Source: an uncultured Gemmatimonadaceae bacterium
GTDB lineage: Bacteria; Gemmatimonadota; Gemmatimonadetes; Gemmatimonadales; Gemmatimonadaceae
Assembly (NCBI GenBank): GCA_963817955.1
Contig: CAWFQK010000007.1
Coordinates: forward strand, 32,001 to 96,000
Direction of reading: 5' to 3'
Length of the DNA stretch: 64,000 nt
The translations under genes and the position numbers were made by a program. Below, piece after piece: positions 38,224 to 46,547 of the stretch; the first letter of the stretch is position 1, and each line of letters opens with the position of its first letter. The notes under the pieces were generated by a model. That model had not been told where the DNA came from. It did no database searches and saw only the letters and a program-made list of their open reading frames with translations.

Positions 38224-39465
38224 TTATTTGAAGCTCGTGATGAGACTCTGGACGATCAGGGACCAGCCATCGACCAGAACGAACAGCAACAGCTTGAAGG
38301 GCAGCGAAATCATCGCCGGCGGGAGCATGAACATGCCCATGCTCATGAGGACCGACGACACGGCGACATCGATAATGATGAACGGCAGGAAGAGTGCAAA
38401 ACCGATCTGAAAAGCGGTGCGCAGTTCGCTGATGACGAAGGCGGAGGTGAGGGTCACCATCGGGACATCTCCGATCGACGCGGGCTGCATACCGGTGCTC
38501 ATGCGGACGAACGTCTCGATGTCCTCGCGGCGAGTCTGCTTGAGCATGAACGCGCGAAACGGCCGGCTGCCGAGGTCGAGCATTTGCGACTGGCTGATCT
38601 GTCCGTCCATCCATGGCGTGAGCGCCGTGCGATTCACTTCATTGAGCGTGGGCGCCATGACGAACCCGGTGAGGAGCAGGGCCAGCGCCGCAATCAGCTG
38701 ATTCGGTGGCGCGCTCTGGGTGCCGAGCGCCTGACGCAAGAAGTTGAGGACAATGAGTATCCTCGTGAACCCGGTCATCATCAGCAGCAGCGTCGGCAGG
38801 AGAGTCATGAGACCCATCGTCACGACGACGCCGACGGTGCCACTCAGATGCAGTCCGTCCCCGCCGCCGACCTTGAGGTCCATCTGCGGGGCGAGTGGCG
38901 CGGGACCGGCCGCGAGGGGCTTGGCCGCCGATCCTTTCAGGCCGGCCAGCTTCTCTACGAGATCTGCGGGGTTCTGTCCCGCCTTCACGCCGGACACCGC
39001 TTGCTTCGCAATCTCCGTCATCTGCGCGACCGACGGCGGACGCGCCGTCACGCGTTGTGCGTTCGCTCTCGTGGACGTGGCGAGCGCGAAGACGATCGCG
39101 AGGCCCGCCGTTCGCATCGCACCCTTGAATGCCGCCTTGAAGTCGAGCGGAGAATTGGGCCGCGGTCCGTCCATCGCCACTCGGTCCTTGACATCCGCCA
39201 CCAATTCGACCTCGCCCGGCTCCAGCTCGAACAACCGATTGATCCCGCCTTCCCCCACGGAAATGGCGACGAGCCGTTCGCCCACGCGAACGACGGCAAT
39301 GCCCTGCTTGGGGCCAAGCGCCAGCCGTTGCACAACCTCCATCTTGAGGCGTGCTCCCGCGGTGGAAGTGGGCGCGAATCGCCGCAGCAACTTCAGGGCA
39401 ATGCCGAGCAACGCCAGGACGAATCCCAGCGTCATCAGTACGCCCATGATCGAACCGAAGGTCAC
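38224..39465 (-). CDS. fliP: Fused FliO-FliP
   Basis: N-terminal ~80 aa FliO-like (TM, VVQRLALGPKQGIAVVRVG); C-terminal FliP (TGFTRI, ALGTQSAPPNQ, SELRTAFQIG, MGMFMLPP, LFVLVDGW); single continuous ORF. Confidence 0.92.
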   Translation of the reverse strand: MTFGSIMGVLMTLGFVLALLGIALKLLRRFAPTSTAGARLKMEVVQRLALGPKQGIAVVRVGERLVAISVGEGGINRLFELEPGEVELVADVKDRVAMDGPRPNSPLDFKAAFKGAMRTAGLAIVFALATSTRANAQRVTARPPSVAQMTEIAKQAVSGVKAGQNPADLVEKLAGLKGSAAKPLAAGPAPLAPQMDLKVGGGDGLHLSGTVGVVVTMGLMTLLPTLLLMMTGFTRILIVLNFLRQALGTQSAPPNQLIAALALLLTGFVMAPTLNEVNRTALTPWMDGQISQSQMLDLGSRPFRAFMLKQTRREDIETFVRMSTGMQPASIGDVPMVTLTSAFVISELRTAFQIGFALFLPFIIIDVAVSSVLMSMGMFMLPPAMISLPFKLLLFVLVDGWSLIVQSLITSFK

Positions 39466-39818
39466 GCGTTCCCCTCGGGAGACGTGATGTTCGAGATGAT
39501 GCGGGTGATGCGAACGCCGAAGTGCTCGCCGAGCACCACGACTTCGCCTTCGGCAAAGCGGCGGTCCGCGACGTAGAGGTCGATCGGCTCGCCGGCCAGG
39601 CGCTCGAGCTGTACGACCGACCCGCGACCCAGACGCAGGATGTCCTGTACCATCATGCGCGTACGTCCCAGCTCGATCGAGAGCGGAAGCGTGAGGTCCA
39701 TCAACATGGCGAGCGGCACTTCGGCGCTGTTGTGCACGCCGGCGCCCAATTCAGCGAGCTGGGGAGTGGCTACGGGCTGTGCGCCGCTCGTGAGCGCGTC
39801 GATGTCTGCCTGATTCAT
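39462..39818 (-). CDS. fliN: Switch protein FliN
   Basis: SpoA domain: SIELGRTRM..GSVVQLERLAGEP..GEVVV..FGVRI. Confidence 0.93.
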   Translation of the reverse strand: MNQADIDALTSGAQPVATPQLAELGAGVHNSAEVPLAMLMDLTLPLSIELGRTRMMVQDILRLGRGSVVQLERLAGEPIDLYVADRRFAEGEVVVLGEHFGVRITRIISNITSPEGNA

Positions 39819-40855
39819 GAGTTGGTGTCCAGAGATGACGAAAGCGGGCCGCTGCTGAGCGGCTCGAGTACGCGAACGGCGAGTTTGCGTCCGACTCGTC
39901 CCGCGACGGTCCTGAAGCGCGGATGATTGCCGACCAGCAGATTGACGTTGGCGTCGATCGGTATGCCGGTGGACAGCATGCTGCCGACTGTGAGGCTGGC
40001 GATGTCCCGCATTGCGAGATGGAATTCCGGCAGACGCGCCGCCACTTCTACACGCGTGGCACGCAGCGCCACCTCGGTGTTCTCGCGCTGGCCGGGCAAT
40101 TCACGCCGCGGCAGTTGGGCCATGGTGGATCTGGAACTGCCCGTCACGAAGAACTTCTCGAGCACCGACAGCGGGAGGGCGATGGAGATCAGGCTTGTGG
40201 TGCTGCCGAAGGTCGCATCAATGTTCGCGACGAGTACCGGCGACTCGCGCGTCGCTGCCTGGATGATCTCGGGAATGGATTCGAACCCGGCGAGGGAGAT
40301 CTCGAGCTCGACATGATCCTCCCAGATCTCCTGCACCAGCCCCATTACGCGCTCGGCAACGACGCGAACGGCCATTCGCTCGATCGGCGTGAGCGCACGC
40401 TCGAGAATCGTCGCATCGGCGCCGCCGCCGCCAAACAGACGGTCGACGAGGAAGTAGGCGAGCTCGCGGCCGATGTCGATCACGGCCTGCTCGCCGACGG
40501 CGTCGTCGCCAGCGCGGTCCTTGAGGTCGAGAATGAAGGAGTTGCAACTCGCCGGTAGCGACAGCACGTACTCGCCGAATGATATCTGTTCCACGCTCAC
40601 CAGGCGCAGGCCGACGGCACCGCGGACGCGGCCCATGAGCCAGCCCTCGAGCGACTTCACCAGACGGCCGTACATCGCTTCCAGTACGTGCAACCGGTCC
40701 TTGGAGACACGGTGCGGGCGGGCGAAGTCGTAGATCTGGACGTCGGGCGCCGAGTGATGGATGACAGGACGCTTGGCCGTGTCGCCCAGCATCAGCCGGT
40801 CGATATCGTCTTGCGACAGCGTCTGCGAAGAATTCGGAATGCGGGGTGCGGTCAT
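39815..40855 (-). CDS. fliM: Switch protein FliM
   Basis: LSQDDIDRLM, YDF.RP, VDRLFGG.G, R.LT.IE, C-terminal SpoA domain. Confidence 0.93.
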   Translation of the reverse strand: MTAPRIPNSSQTLSQDDIDRLMLGDTAKRPVIHHSAPDVQIYDFARPHRVSKDRLHVLEAMYGRLVKSLEGWLMGRVRGAVGLRLVSVEQISFGEYVLSLPASCNSFILDLKDRAGDDAVGEQAVIDIGRELAYFLVDRLFGGGGADATILERALTPIERMAVRVVAERVMGLVQEIWEDHVELEISLAGFESIPEIIQAATRESPVLVANIDATFGSTTSLISIALPLSVLEKFFVTGSSRSTMAQLPRRELPGQRENTEVALRATRVEVAARLPEFHLAMRDIASLTVGSMLSTGIPIDANVNLLVGNHPRFRTVAGRVGRKLAVRVLEPLSSGPLSSSLDTNS

Positions 40856-41364
40856 TGGGTCACGAACTGCGGAAAGAAGACCTTGAGCACTGCCCCTTTC
40901 GGAAACAGCGGCCGCACGGCGTCCAGCACCTCACTCTTGATCGCCTCGCGCTCCATGATGTTCGTCAACTGGTCGACCGTCTTCTTTCCGAGGAGCGCGA
41001 GGATGTGGTCGCGCACCTCGGCCTCATGATCCTTCATCATCTGGTCGATGCTCGCATCCTTGAGCTCGAACGTCGCGGTGACCATGAGAAAGCGCGTACC
41101 GCCGCTTCCCGCGGGATTGAGCACGAGGTTCTCGATTGCGTGCGTCACAGACGACGACACTGGCGCGGTGGCAGAGTCAGGCGTCGGGACCACGGCGGCG
41201 GGTGTGGCGCGCTTCTTGGCGAGGAGGGGTCCGACGCCAAGCAGTCCTGTGGCCGCTCCGGCCGCGACGCCGATCACGCCAAGGATCAACACCCCACGCT
41301 TCCCTTTGGACGGGGGTGTGTCATCGACCGCTTCTGGAACTTGTTCGATGGCTTCGGTCGCCAT
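40852..41364 (-). CDS. fliL: FliL
   Basis: Single TM, LVLNPA..RFL, VRD.I, VFFPQFVTQ. Confidence 0.9.
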   Translation of the reverse strand: MATEAIEQVPEAVDDTPPSKGKRGVLILGVIGVAAGAATGLLGVGPLLAKKRATPAAVVPTPDSATAPVSSSVTHAIENLVLNPAGSGGTRFLMVTATFELKDASIDQMMKDHEAEVRDHILALLGKKTVDQLTNIMEREAIKSEVLDAVRPLFPKGAVLKVFFPQFVTQ

Positions 41365-41412
41365 GGGATGGGAAAGAGGGAGGCTGATCGAGAAATGACA
41401 CCAGGGGGAAAG

Positions 41413-41427
41413 GCAGGCAGCATGCCT
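41413..41427 (-). promoter_or_regulatory. Candidate sigma54 promoter of the fliL-fliA operon
   Basis: Minus strand AGGCATGCTGCCTGC (GG-N10-GC) followed by CTTTCCC; IHF-like TAGCAACGTATTA at 41478-41490. Confidence 0.65.
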
Positions 41428-41611
41428 CGTGGAAACGCGCTGAATACCAGGCGCCAGACATCAGATAAGTGGAGTAGTAGCAACGTATTAACTGCTTCTT
41501 GCGTCCCTCGGTTGCCACACGGAATTTTCGTCCACTCAACCACCATGCGGAACGAATTGCCGGGTCGACGCAGGCGCTTTTTGCCGGGCGCACGCTACGG
41601 GCCGAGTCACC

Positions 41612-41644
41612 AAACGAAAGACGGGGCGCTCGAGGCGCCCCGTC
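41612..41644 (-). terminator. Intrinsic terminator after flgE
   Basis: GACGGGGCGC-tcgag-GCGCCCCGTC stem followed on the minus strand by TTTCGTTT. Confidence 0.8.
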
Positions 41645-41680
41645 AGTCCACTTCTTGTCGCGTCCAGCGTTGATCCACGC

Positions 41681-42994
41681 TTACTGCTTCAGATTCACCA
41701 GATCCTGTAGCATCTGGTCGCTCGCGGTGATCACCTTGCCATTCGCCTGGAAGCCGCGCTGGGCGACGATCATATCAGTGAACTCCTGCGCGAGATCGAC
41801 GTTCGACATCTCGAGGTTGCCGCTCGCGATGCTCGAGGTAGTGCCTTCACCAGAGTAGCCCAACACCGGCGAGCCGGAATTGGCGGACGTGTTGTACATA
41901 TCGTCGCCCGTGCGAACGAGGCCCGCCGGATTGTTGAAATCGGCGAGAACCAACTGGCCGAGCACCTGCGTCATACCGTTGGTGAATGAGCCGACTACCG
42001 CGCCGCTCGAGTCGATCGTGAAGTTCTGGAGATTACCACTGGCGTTACCATTCTGGCTGCGCATCACAGCGTTGTTCGAGCCGGCGAGTTGCGACAGGCC
42101 GCTCAAGCCGGTGCCGACGTCGAGCGTGATGTCGACGGCTGCGGCGCCGCTGTTCGGCGTGAACGTGATCTCCGGTGGAGTGAATCCGGTAGTATCCACT
42201 GAACCGTCGCTATTGAAGGTGATTGGGTGCGTGCCCTGCACCTCAGTGATGCCGGCCTTTGTGATATCCATGCCTGTCCCGTCGGCCTTCCAGTCCCACG
42301 TGTTCGTGCCGGTCTTCCAGATCACCAGCTTCACCTCCTGCTTGGCGCCGAGGGAATCGTAGGCCGTGATCGACAGGTCCTTGTAGGCATGCGCGTTCTG
42401 CGGAAGCGCGCGCTGGGTGGCATCGAGGGGATCGAGGGTCGTCGCCGTGCCCTTGTCGAACGGCGTTGCTGCCGCGTCGAGATCGCCGGTAAGCGAGATG
42501 GAGGTTGTCGCAACTGCCGCCGCCTGTTCTCCGACTGGAATGGTCACGTCCGTTATGGCATCCGAGAGCTTGCCGCCCACCGACATCCTTCCCTGCAGGG
42601 CAAATCCATTGCCGCCGGCGACCAGCGTGCCCTTCGAGTCGACCTGGAAGTTGCCGGCGCGTGTGTACAGGCTCTGCGAGCCCTGCCTCACAACGAAGAA
42701 CGAGGGGCCCTGGATCGCGAGATCAGTATTGTTGCCCGTCGATTCCAGATTTCCTTGCGTGAACAACGTGTCCACGCTGCCGATCTGTGAGCCGAGACCC
42801 ACCTGCATGGGGTTCAGGCCACCCGTGTCGGGGCGCGCTGCGCTTTCGATAATCTGGGCGTAGCCTTCCTTGAAAGTCACACGTCCGGACTTGAACGCGA
42901 CGGTGTTGACGTTCGCGATGTTGTTGCCGATGACGTCCATCCGGGTCTGCTGGTTGCGAAGACCCGAGACAGCGGCCGAAAGAGAGCGAAGCAT
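41681..42994 (-). CDS. flgE: Hook protein FlgE
   Basis: DVIGNNIANVNT, YTRAGNF, YDSLG, LEMSNVDLAQEFTDMIVAQRGFQAN. Confidence 0.97.
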   Translation of the reverse strand: MLRSLSAAVSGLRNQQTRMDVIGNNIANVNTVAFKSGRVTFKEGYAQIIESAARPDTGGLNPMQVGLGSQIGSVDTLFTQGNLESTGNNTDLAIQGPSFFVVRQGSQSLYTRAGNFQVDSKGTLVAGGNGFALQGRMSVGGKLSDAITDVTIPVGEQAAAVATTSISLTGDLDAAATPFDKGTATTLDPLDATQRALPQNAHAYKDLSITAYDSLGAKQEVKLVIWKTGTNTWDWKADGTGMDITKAGITEVQGTHPITFNSDGSVDTTGFTPPEITFTPNSGAAAVDITLDVGTGLSGLSQLAGSNNAVMRSQNGNASGNLQNFTIDSSGAVVGSFTNGMTQVLGQLVLADFNNPAGLVRTGDDMYNTSANSGSPVLGYSGEGTTSSIASGNLEMSNVDLAQEFTDMIVAQRGFQANGKVITASDQMLQDLVNLKQ

Positions 42995-43067
42995 TGGTGC
43001 TCCTGGAAAGAGGAAGAGGCGAGCGAATAGCGAATAGGGAAATGCCGATGAGCCGTCGGCGCGCGGA

Positions 43068-43772
43068 TTAGTTCAGGATCTGGATGACGTTGGCGTACGG
43101 GATCACGAGACCGCCGGAGGTGAGGACAAGACCGTTTTGACTGGTGCTCACACCGTCGACGCGGCCGGTGACGTAGGTCTGCACGGTGACGGGCTGGCTG
43201 GAGCTGTCCTTGGCGTCCACCGAATACGTGTACATCCCGTCCGGCAGACCGGAGCTGGCGTCACCGAGGTCGATGCTCTGCTTGCCGGCCTGGAGGGCGC
43301 CCAGCGAGCGGGTACCGACTTCGACACCGGCGCTATCATAGATATGTAAAGTGGCGGAGCTGCTCGCCGCCGCGACGTCTACGGGCACGCTGGTGGAGCC
43401 TGACGTGCCGCCGACTTGAACCTGGTTGCCCATGGCGACCACGGTGTGGCCAATGGTGTTGATCGCCGCCGTTGACTGGATGGCGCCAAGCAGTGAGCCG
43501 GTCGAAGACTGCTGGTCGGTGAGCGTCGTATTGATTTGCTGGAGCTGCTCGAGGGACGAGAACTGGGCGAGCTCCGACGCCATCTGATCGCCTTGCATAG
43601 GATTGAGTGGATCCTGATTCTTCAGCTGTGCCACCAGCATCTGGAGAAATTGATCCTTGCCGAGGGCACCCCCTGCCGCAGCAGCCTCAGTGCCCGCCGC
43701 GGCTACGGTCGGCGTAGTCGTCGCGGCTGTGGTCGCGAAAGTAGCCGGTCTGTACGTCGGTGCGATGATCAT
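43068..43772 (-). CDS. flgD: Hook cap protein FlgD
   Basis: FLQMLVAQLKNQDPLNPM..LAQFSSLEQ; ATGA-coupled to fliK. Confidence 0.95.
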   Translation of the reverse strand: MIIAPTYRPATFATTAATTTPTVAAAGTEAAAAGGALGKDQFLQMLVAQLKNQDPLNPMQGDQMASELAQFSSLEQLQQINTTLTDQQSSTGSLLGAIQSTAAINTIGHTVVAMGNQVQVGGTSGSTSVPVDVAAASSSATLHIYDSAGVEVGTRSLGALQAGKQSIDLGDASSGLPDGMYTYSVDAKDSSSQPVTVQTYVTGRVDGVSTSQNGLVLTSGGLVIPYANVIQILN

Positions 43773-45469
43773 TGCTGTGAACCTCTGCGCTGGTCGCGCT
43801 GTTGTTGGCGGCGCTCGCTCTGTGACTGCTGGCGCTCGCGCGGTTCCCACTCGCCGCCGCGCGGCGAACGGCCGTTCGTTGATGCATCTGACGTGCTCTT
43901 TCCAGTTGGCGCGCCGGCGCCGGCGACCGCCGAGGCGCCGCCGCGTACCTGCAGCGACTCCAACTCGGCGCCGTCGCGGGTGAGGGCGCGCACGAGTTCG
44001 TCGCTATGCCCGCTCATCGCCTGTGCGCCCCGTGCGTCCCCCGCGTCGATTGCCGCGCTCACCGTCGAGCCGTGGAGCGTAACGCGTACGCGATCCGTGA
44101 TCCCGGCTCCGGCGTCCACGGCCAGCGTGATCTGTGACAGGGGTCGCACCGGCGCCTGATCGAGCGCTTCGAGCACGCGCGCCGTGCGATCGGCACTCGA
44201 CGGCCCGGAGACGGATGACACGCCATTGGCGCTCCGCGGTGATGCCGGTTGGTCGCGAAGCGCGAACGCCGAATCGAGTGCGCCGTATGCAGCGCGCTGA
44301 TCGATCGTTCCCTGCTGCGGCGCATGACCATTGTTCCGTGCATTCTTATTGGATCCACCGCCGAACGACTGCATGTTGCTCTGTCCCGCCGTTGCCGGCT
44401 GTGACGAAGGCGTTCCGCTGTTCACCGGGGCAACCGGTGCGGTGAATTGCTGCGGTGCTTTGGCTCCTGCTCCGTCACGCGGCGTCCAGGGAATGTTCAC
44501 GACCTGCGCAGGCGTTCCGGTGCCAAGATCTGCGACCTGCACGGATGCTCCTGTGCCGAGATCTGCGAATTGCTTGGGCGCTCTGGTGCCGAGCGTTGCG
44601 AATTGCTTGGGCGCTCCGGTGCCGGGAGCTGCGATCTGCGCGACTGGCGCCACATGCGCGACTTGCGCGATCTGCGCGATAGGAGACAACGGAACGAGTC
44701 CCGGGCGCGTCGCATCAGCCGGCGCGGCGGGGAATGCCTTCATCGAGCTGTTCGCAACGGCACCGGCTCCAATTCCTGGGAGCTCGACGTGGCCCGGATC
44801 GCGCGCACCAAGCGTGCGTAATCCTTCTTCGTTTGCGATACGCTGTAGCGCTGCGTAGGCAGACAGCGGCGCGTTGCCTGAGTCGAGCACGAGATCTGCC
44901 GCGCGTCCCTGCGTGTGCTTTGAGTTCTGCGTCCACGTAACGACTGGACCCGCAGTCTCGCGACCTTGCGCAAATAGCGAGTTTTGCCGGGTCTGGCTGC
45001 GAAATGTCTCGCTGATCGTCGCGTCGTGACCTGTCTCATTGCGGACACGGGAGATGACACGCGCCAACTTCGTCTGCAATGCCGGATCGAGCGCGCTAAC
45101 GGAGCGCACCACGTTAGCACTCGCAGCCGCACTCGCAGCCGCACTCGCAGCCGCACTCGCAGCCGCACTTACGGTCGCGATCGCCGCAGCGGGGAAGGAG
45201 GCAGTTGATCCAGGTTGCCCAGCAGCGGCGTTTGCGTCACCATCGCCGGCCGATCCGCCCTCTTCGCCAGGAGCATCCTTCCCCGTCGTCTGGTCGAGAT
45301 CGGACGTTCCATCGGGCTTCGGCGTGGGACGTAGTGCCGGTGCGTGCGCCTGCGCGGCGGCGAGCATCCCAGCGAACTCCGGCGCGCGTTCGGCATCGTG
45401 TCGTGCGTCGAATGCGCGTGTGTCGTCGGCTGTCGTGATCGGCGAGAACGCTGCGAGGGCAATGGTCAC
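43769..45469 (-). CDS. fliK: FliK-like hook-length control protein with embedded M15 zinc peptidase domain
   Basis: Canonical position before flgD; low-complexity Ala/Pro/Gly body; C-terminal T3S4-like domain (RVRVTLHGSTVSAAI..ELVRALTRDGAELESLQV) and Gln-rich tail; residues ~122-231 carry ETFRS..RQ..LFAQGR, SKHTQGRAAD, DPGHVE. Confidence 0.8.
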   Translation of the reverse strand: MTIALAAFSPITTADDTRAFDARHDAERAPEFAGMLAAAQAHAPALRPTPKPDGTSDLDQTTGKDAPGEEGGSAGDGDANAAAGQPGSTASFPAAAIATVSAAASAAASAAASAAASANVVRSVSALDPALQTKLARVISRVRNETGHDATISETFRSQTRQNSLFAQGRETAGPVVTWTQNSKHTQGRAADLVLDSGNAPLSAYAALQRIANEEGLRTLGARDPGHVELPGIGAGAVANSSMKAFPAAPADATRPGLVPLSPIAQIAQVAHVAPVAQIAAPGTGAPKQFATLGTRAPKQFADLGTGASVQVADLGTGTPAQVVNIPWTPRDGAGAKAPQQFTAPVAPVNSGTPSSQPATAGQSNMQSFGGGSNKNARNNGHAPQQGTIDQRAAYGALDSAFALRDQPASPRSANGVSSVSGPSSADRTARVLEALDQAPVRPLSQITLAVDAGAGITDRVRVTLHGSTVSAAIDAGDARGAQAMSGHSDELVRALTRDGAELESLQVRGGASAVAGAGAPTGKSTSDASTNGRSPRGGEWEPRERQQSQSERRQQQRDQRRGSQQ

Positions 45470-46089
45470 TGCTTCCGTCCTTGCAAGGCGAGCTTGCTCA
45501 AAGTGGCGACTCGTTCAGGTGGCAGCGCGGCCAGAATCGACGCTGCCTGACGCGTACCGACATAGCCGAGAATGATTTGGACGTCGCCGTCGGCCATATG
45601 CTCGAGCACCTTGGCAGCCTGCTTCGCATCCATGGATGTGAACACCTTGGCGACGCGGCGTTGCGAGGCCTCGGTCGCCGTATCGAGTGGTGCTTTCACA
45701 GCCGATTTTTTCGGCGCCGATACAGTCGGCTCCGCCAAAGTCGGCGTCGCTGTCTTTGTCGGTGCCGGTTCGGGTGCCAGCGCCGGTGCTGGTGTCGGTG
45801 CCAGCGCCGGTGCTGGTGTAGTCGCCGCTGGTGACGGAACCGCGCTGGCGAGTTGCTTCGCCGAATCGACAACCGCTACCGGCGCGCGCGCCGTGTCGAC
45901 TGGGGGCGCGGCTGCGGGCTGTCCCGACGCGACGACGGCTGTGTCGGCATGCGTCGAGTCCGCGGCATTCGCCGAGGAACCCGCCTCTGGCGGTGGGGTC
46001 ACCGGTGGCTTGGTCAGTAGTACTTTCGCGCCGGTGGACCCCGCCAATGCGACGGCGAACGTCAGTGCGAACACGACGACGGGTTTCAT
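45466..46089 (-). CDS. MotE/FlbB/YlxF-like flagellar protein (MgtE N-terminal-like domain)
   Basis: N-terminal anchor, Pro/Ala linker, VAKVFTSMDAKQAAKVLEHM..AASILAAL; position between fliJ and fliK. Confidence 0.75.
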   Translation of the reverse strand: MKPVVVFALTFAVALAGSTGAKVLLTKPPVTPPPEAGSSANAADSTHADTAVVASGQPAAAPPVDTARAPVAVVDSAKQLASAVPSPAATTPAPALAPTPAPALAPEPAPTKTATPTLAEPTVSAPKKSAVKAPLDTATEASQRRVAKVFTSMDAKQAAKVLEHMADGDVQIILGYVGTRQAASILAALPPERVATLSKLALQGRKQ

Positions 46090-46547
46090 GCCGTTGCTGT
46101 CCCCGGATCGTCTTCACGACGCGTGAAGCGCGTCAGGGCCAGCTCGTCCATCTGCCGCATCTCTTGCGCGTTGTCCTCCACGCGCCAGGTGGCGAAATGG
46201 CGATCGCGCAATCGGCTCAGCACGCGGCGCGCCTGCAGCGCCGAGGTGAGGTCGGTGCGGGCTTGCGCCACGAGCTGCTCGGCCATTTCGACGCGCGACT
46301 GTGCGTCCACGATGTGATGGTTGAGTTGCTCGATGACGTAGCCAATGGTCTTGAGCTGACCGATGGTCGGCTCGTGCGCGGTGCGCAGCGCGGCGGAGCC
46401 GCTTTGGCGAATCGTCTCCAGGGCCTTCTGCGCCAGGCGTGCTTCATTCGCCGCAGTCTCCGCGTCGGCTAGCTTGGCGGCGACTTGCTTCTCATGCTGC
46501 TCGCGCAGCTCCAGCACCTGCTGAAGACGGAACTTGAACGCGCTCAT
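46086..46547 (-). CDS. fliJ: FliJ
   Basis: FKFRLQQVLELRE N-terminus, coiled coil, E.RQMDELA. Confidence 0.9.
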   Translation of the reverse strand: MSAFKFRLQQVLELREQHEKQVAAKLADAETAANEARLAQKALETIRQSGSAALRTAHEPTIGQLKTIGYVIEQLNHHIVDAQSRVEMAEQLVAQARTDLTSALQARRVLSRLRDRHFATWRVEDNAQEMRQMDELALTRFTRREDDPGTATA

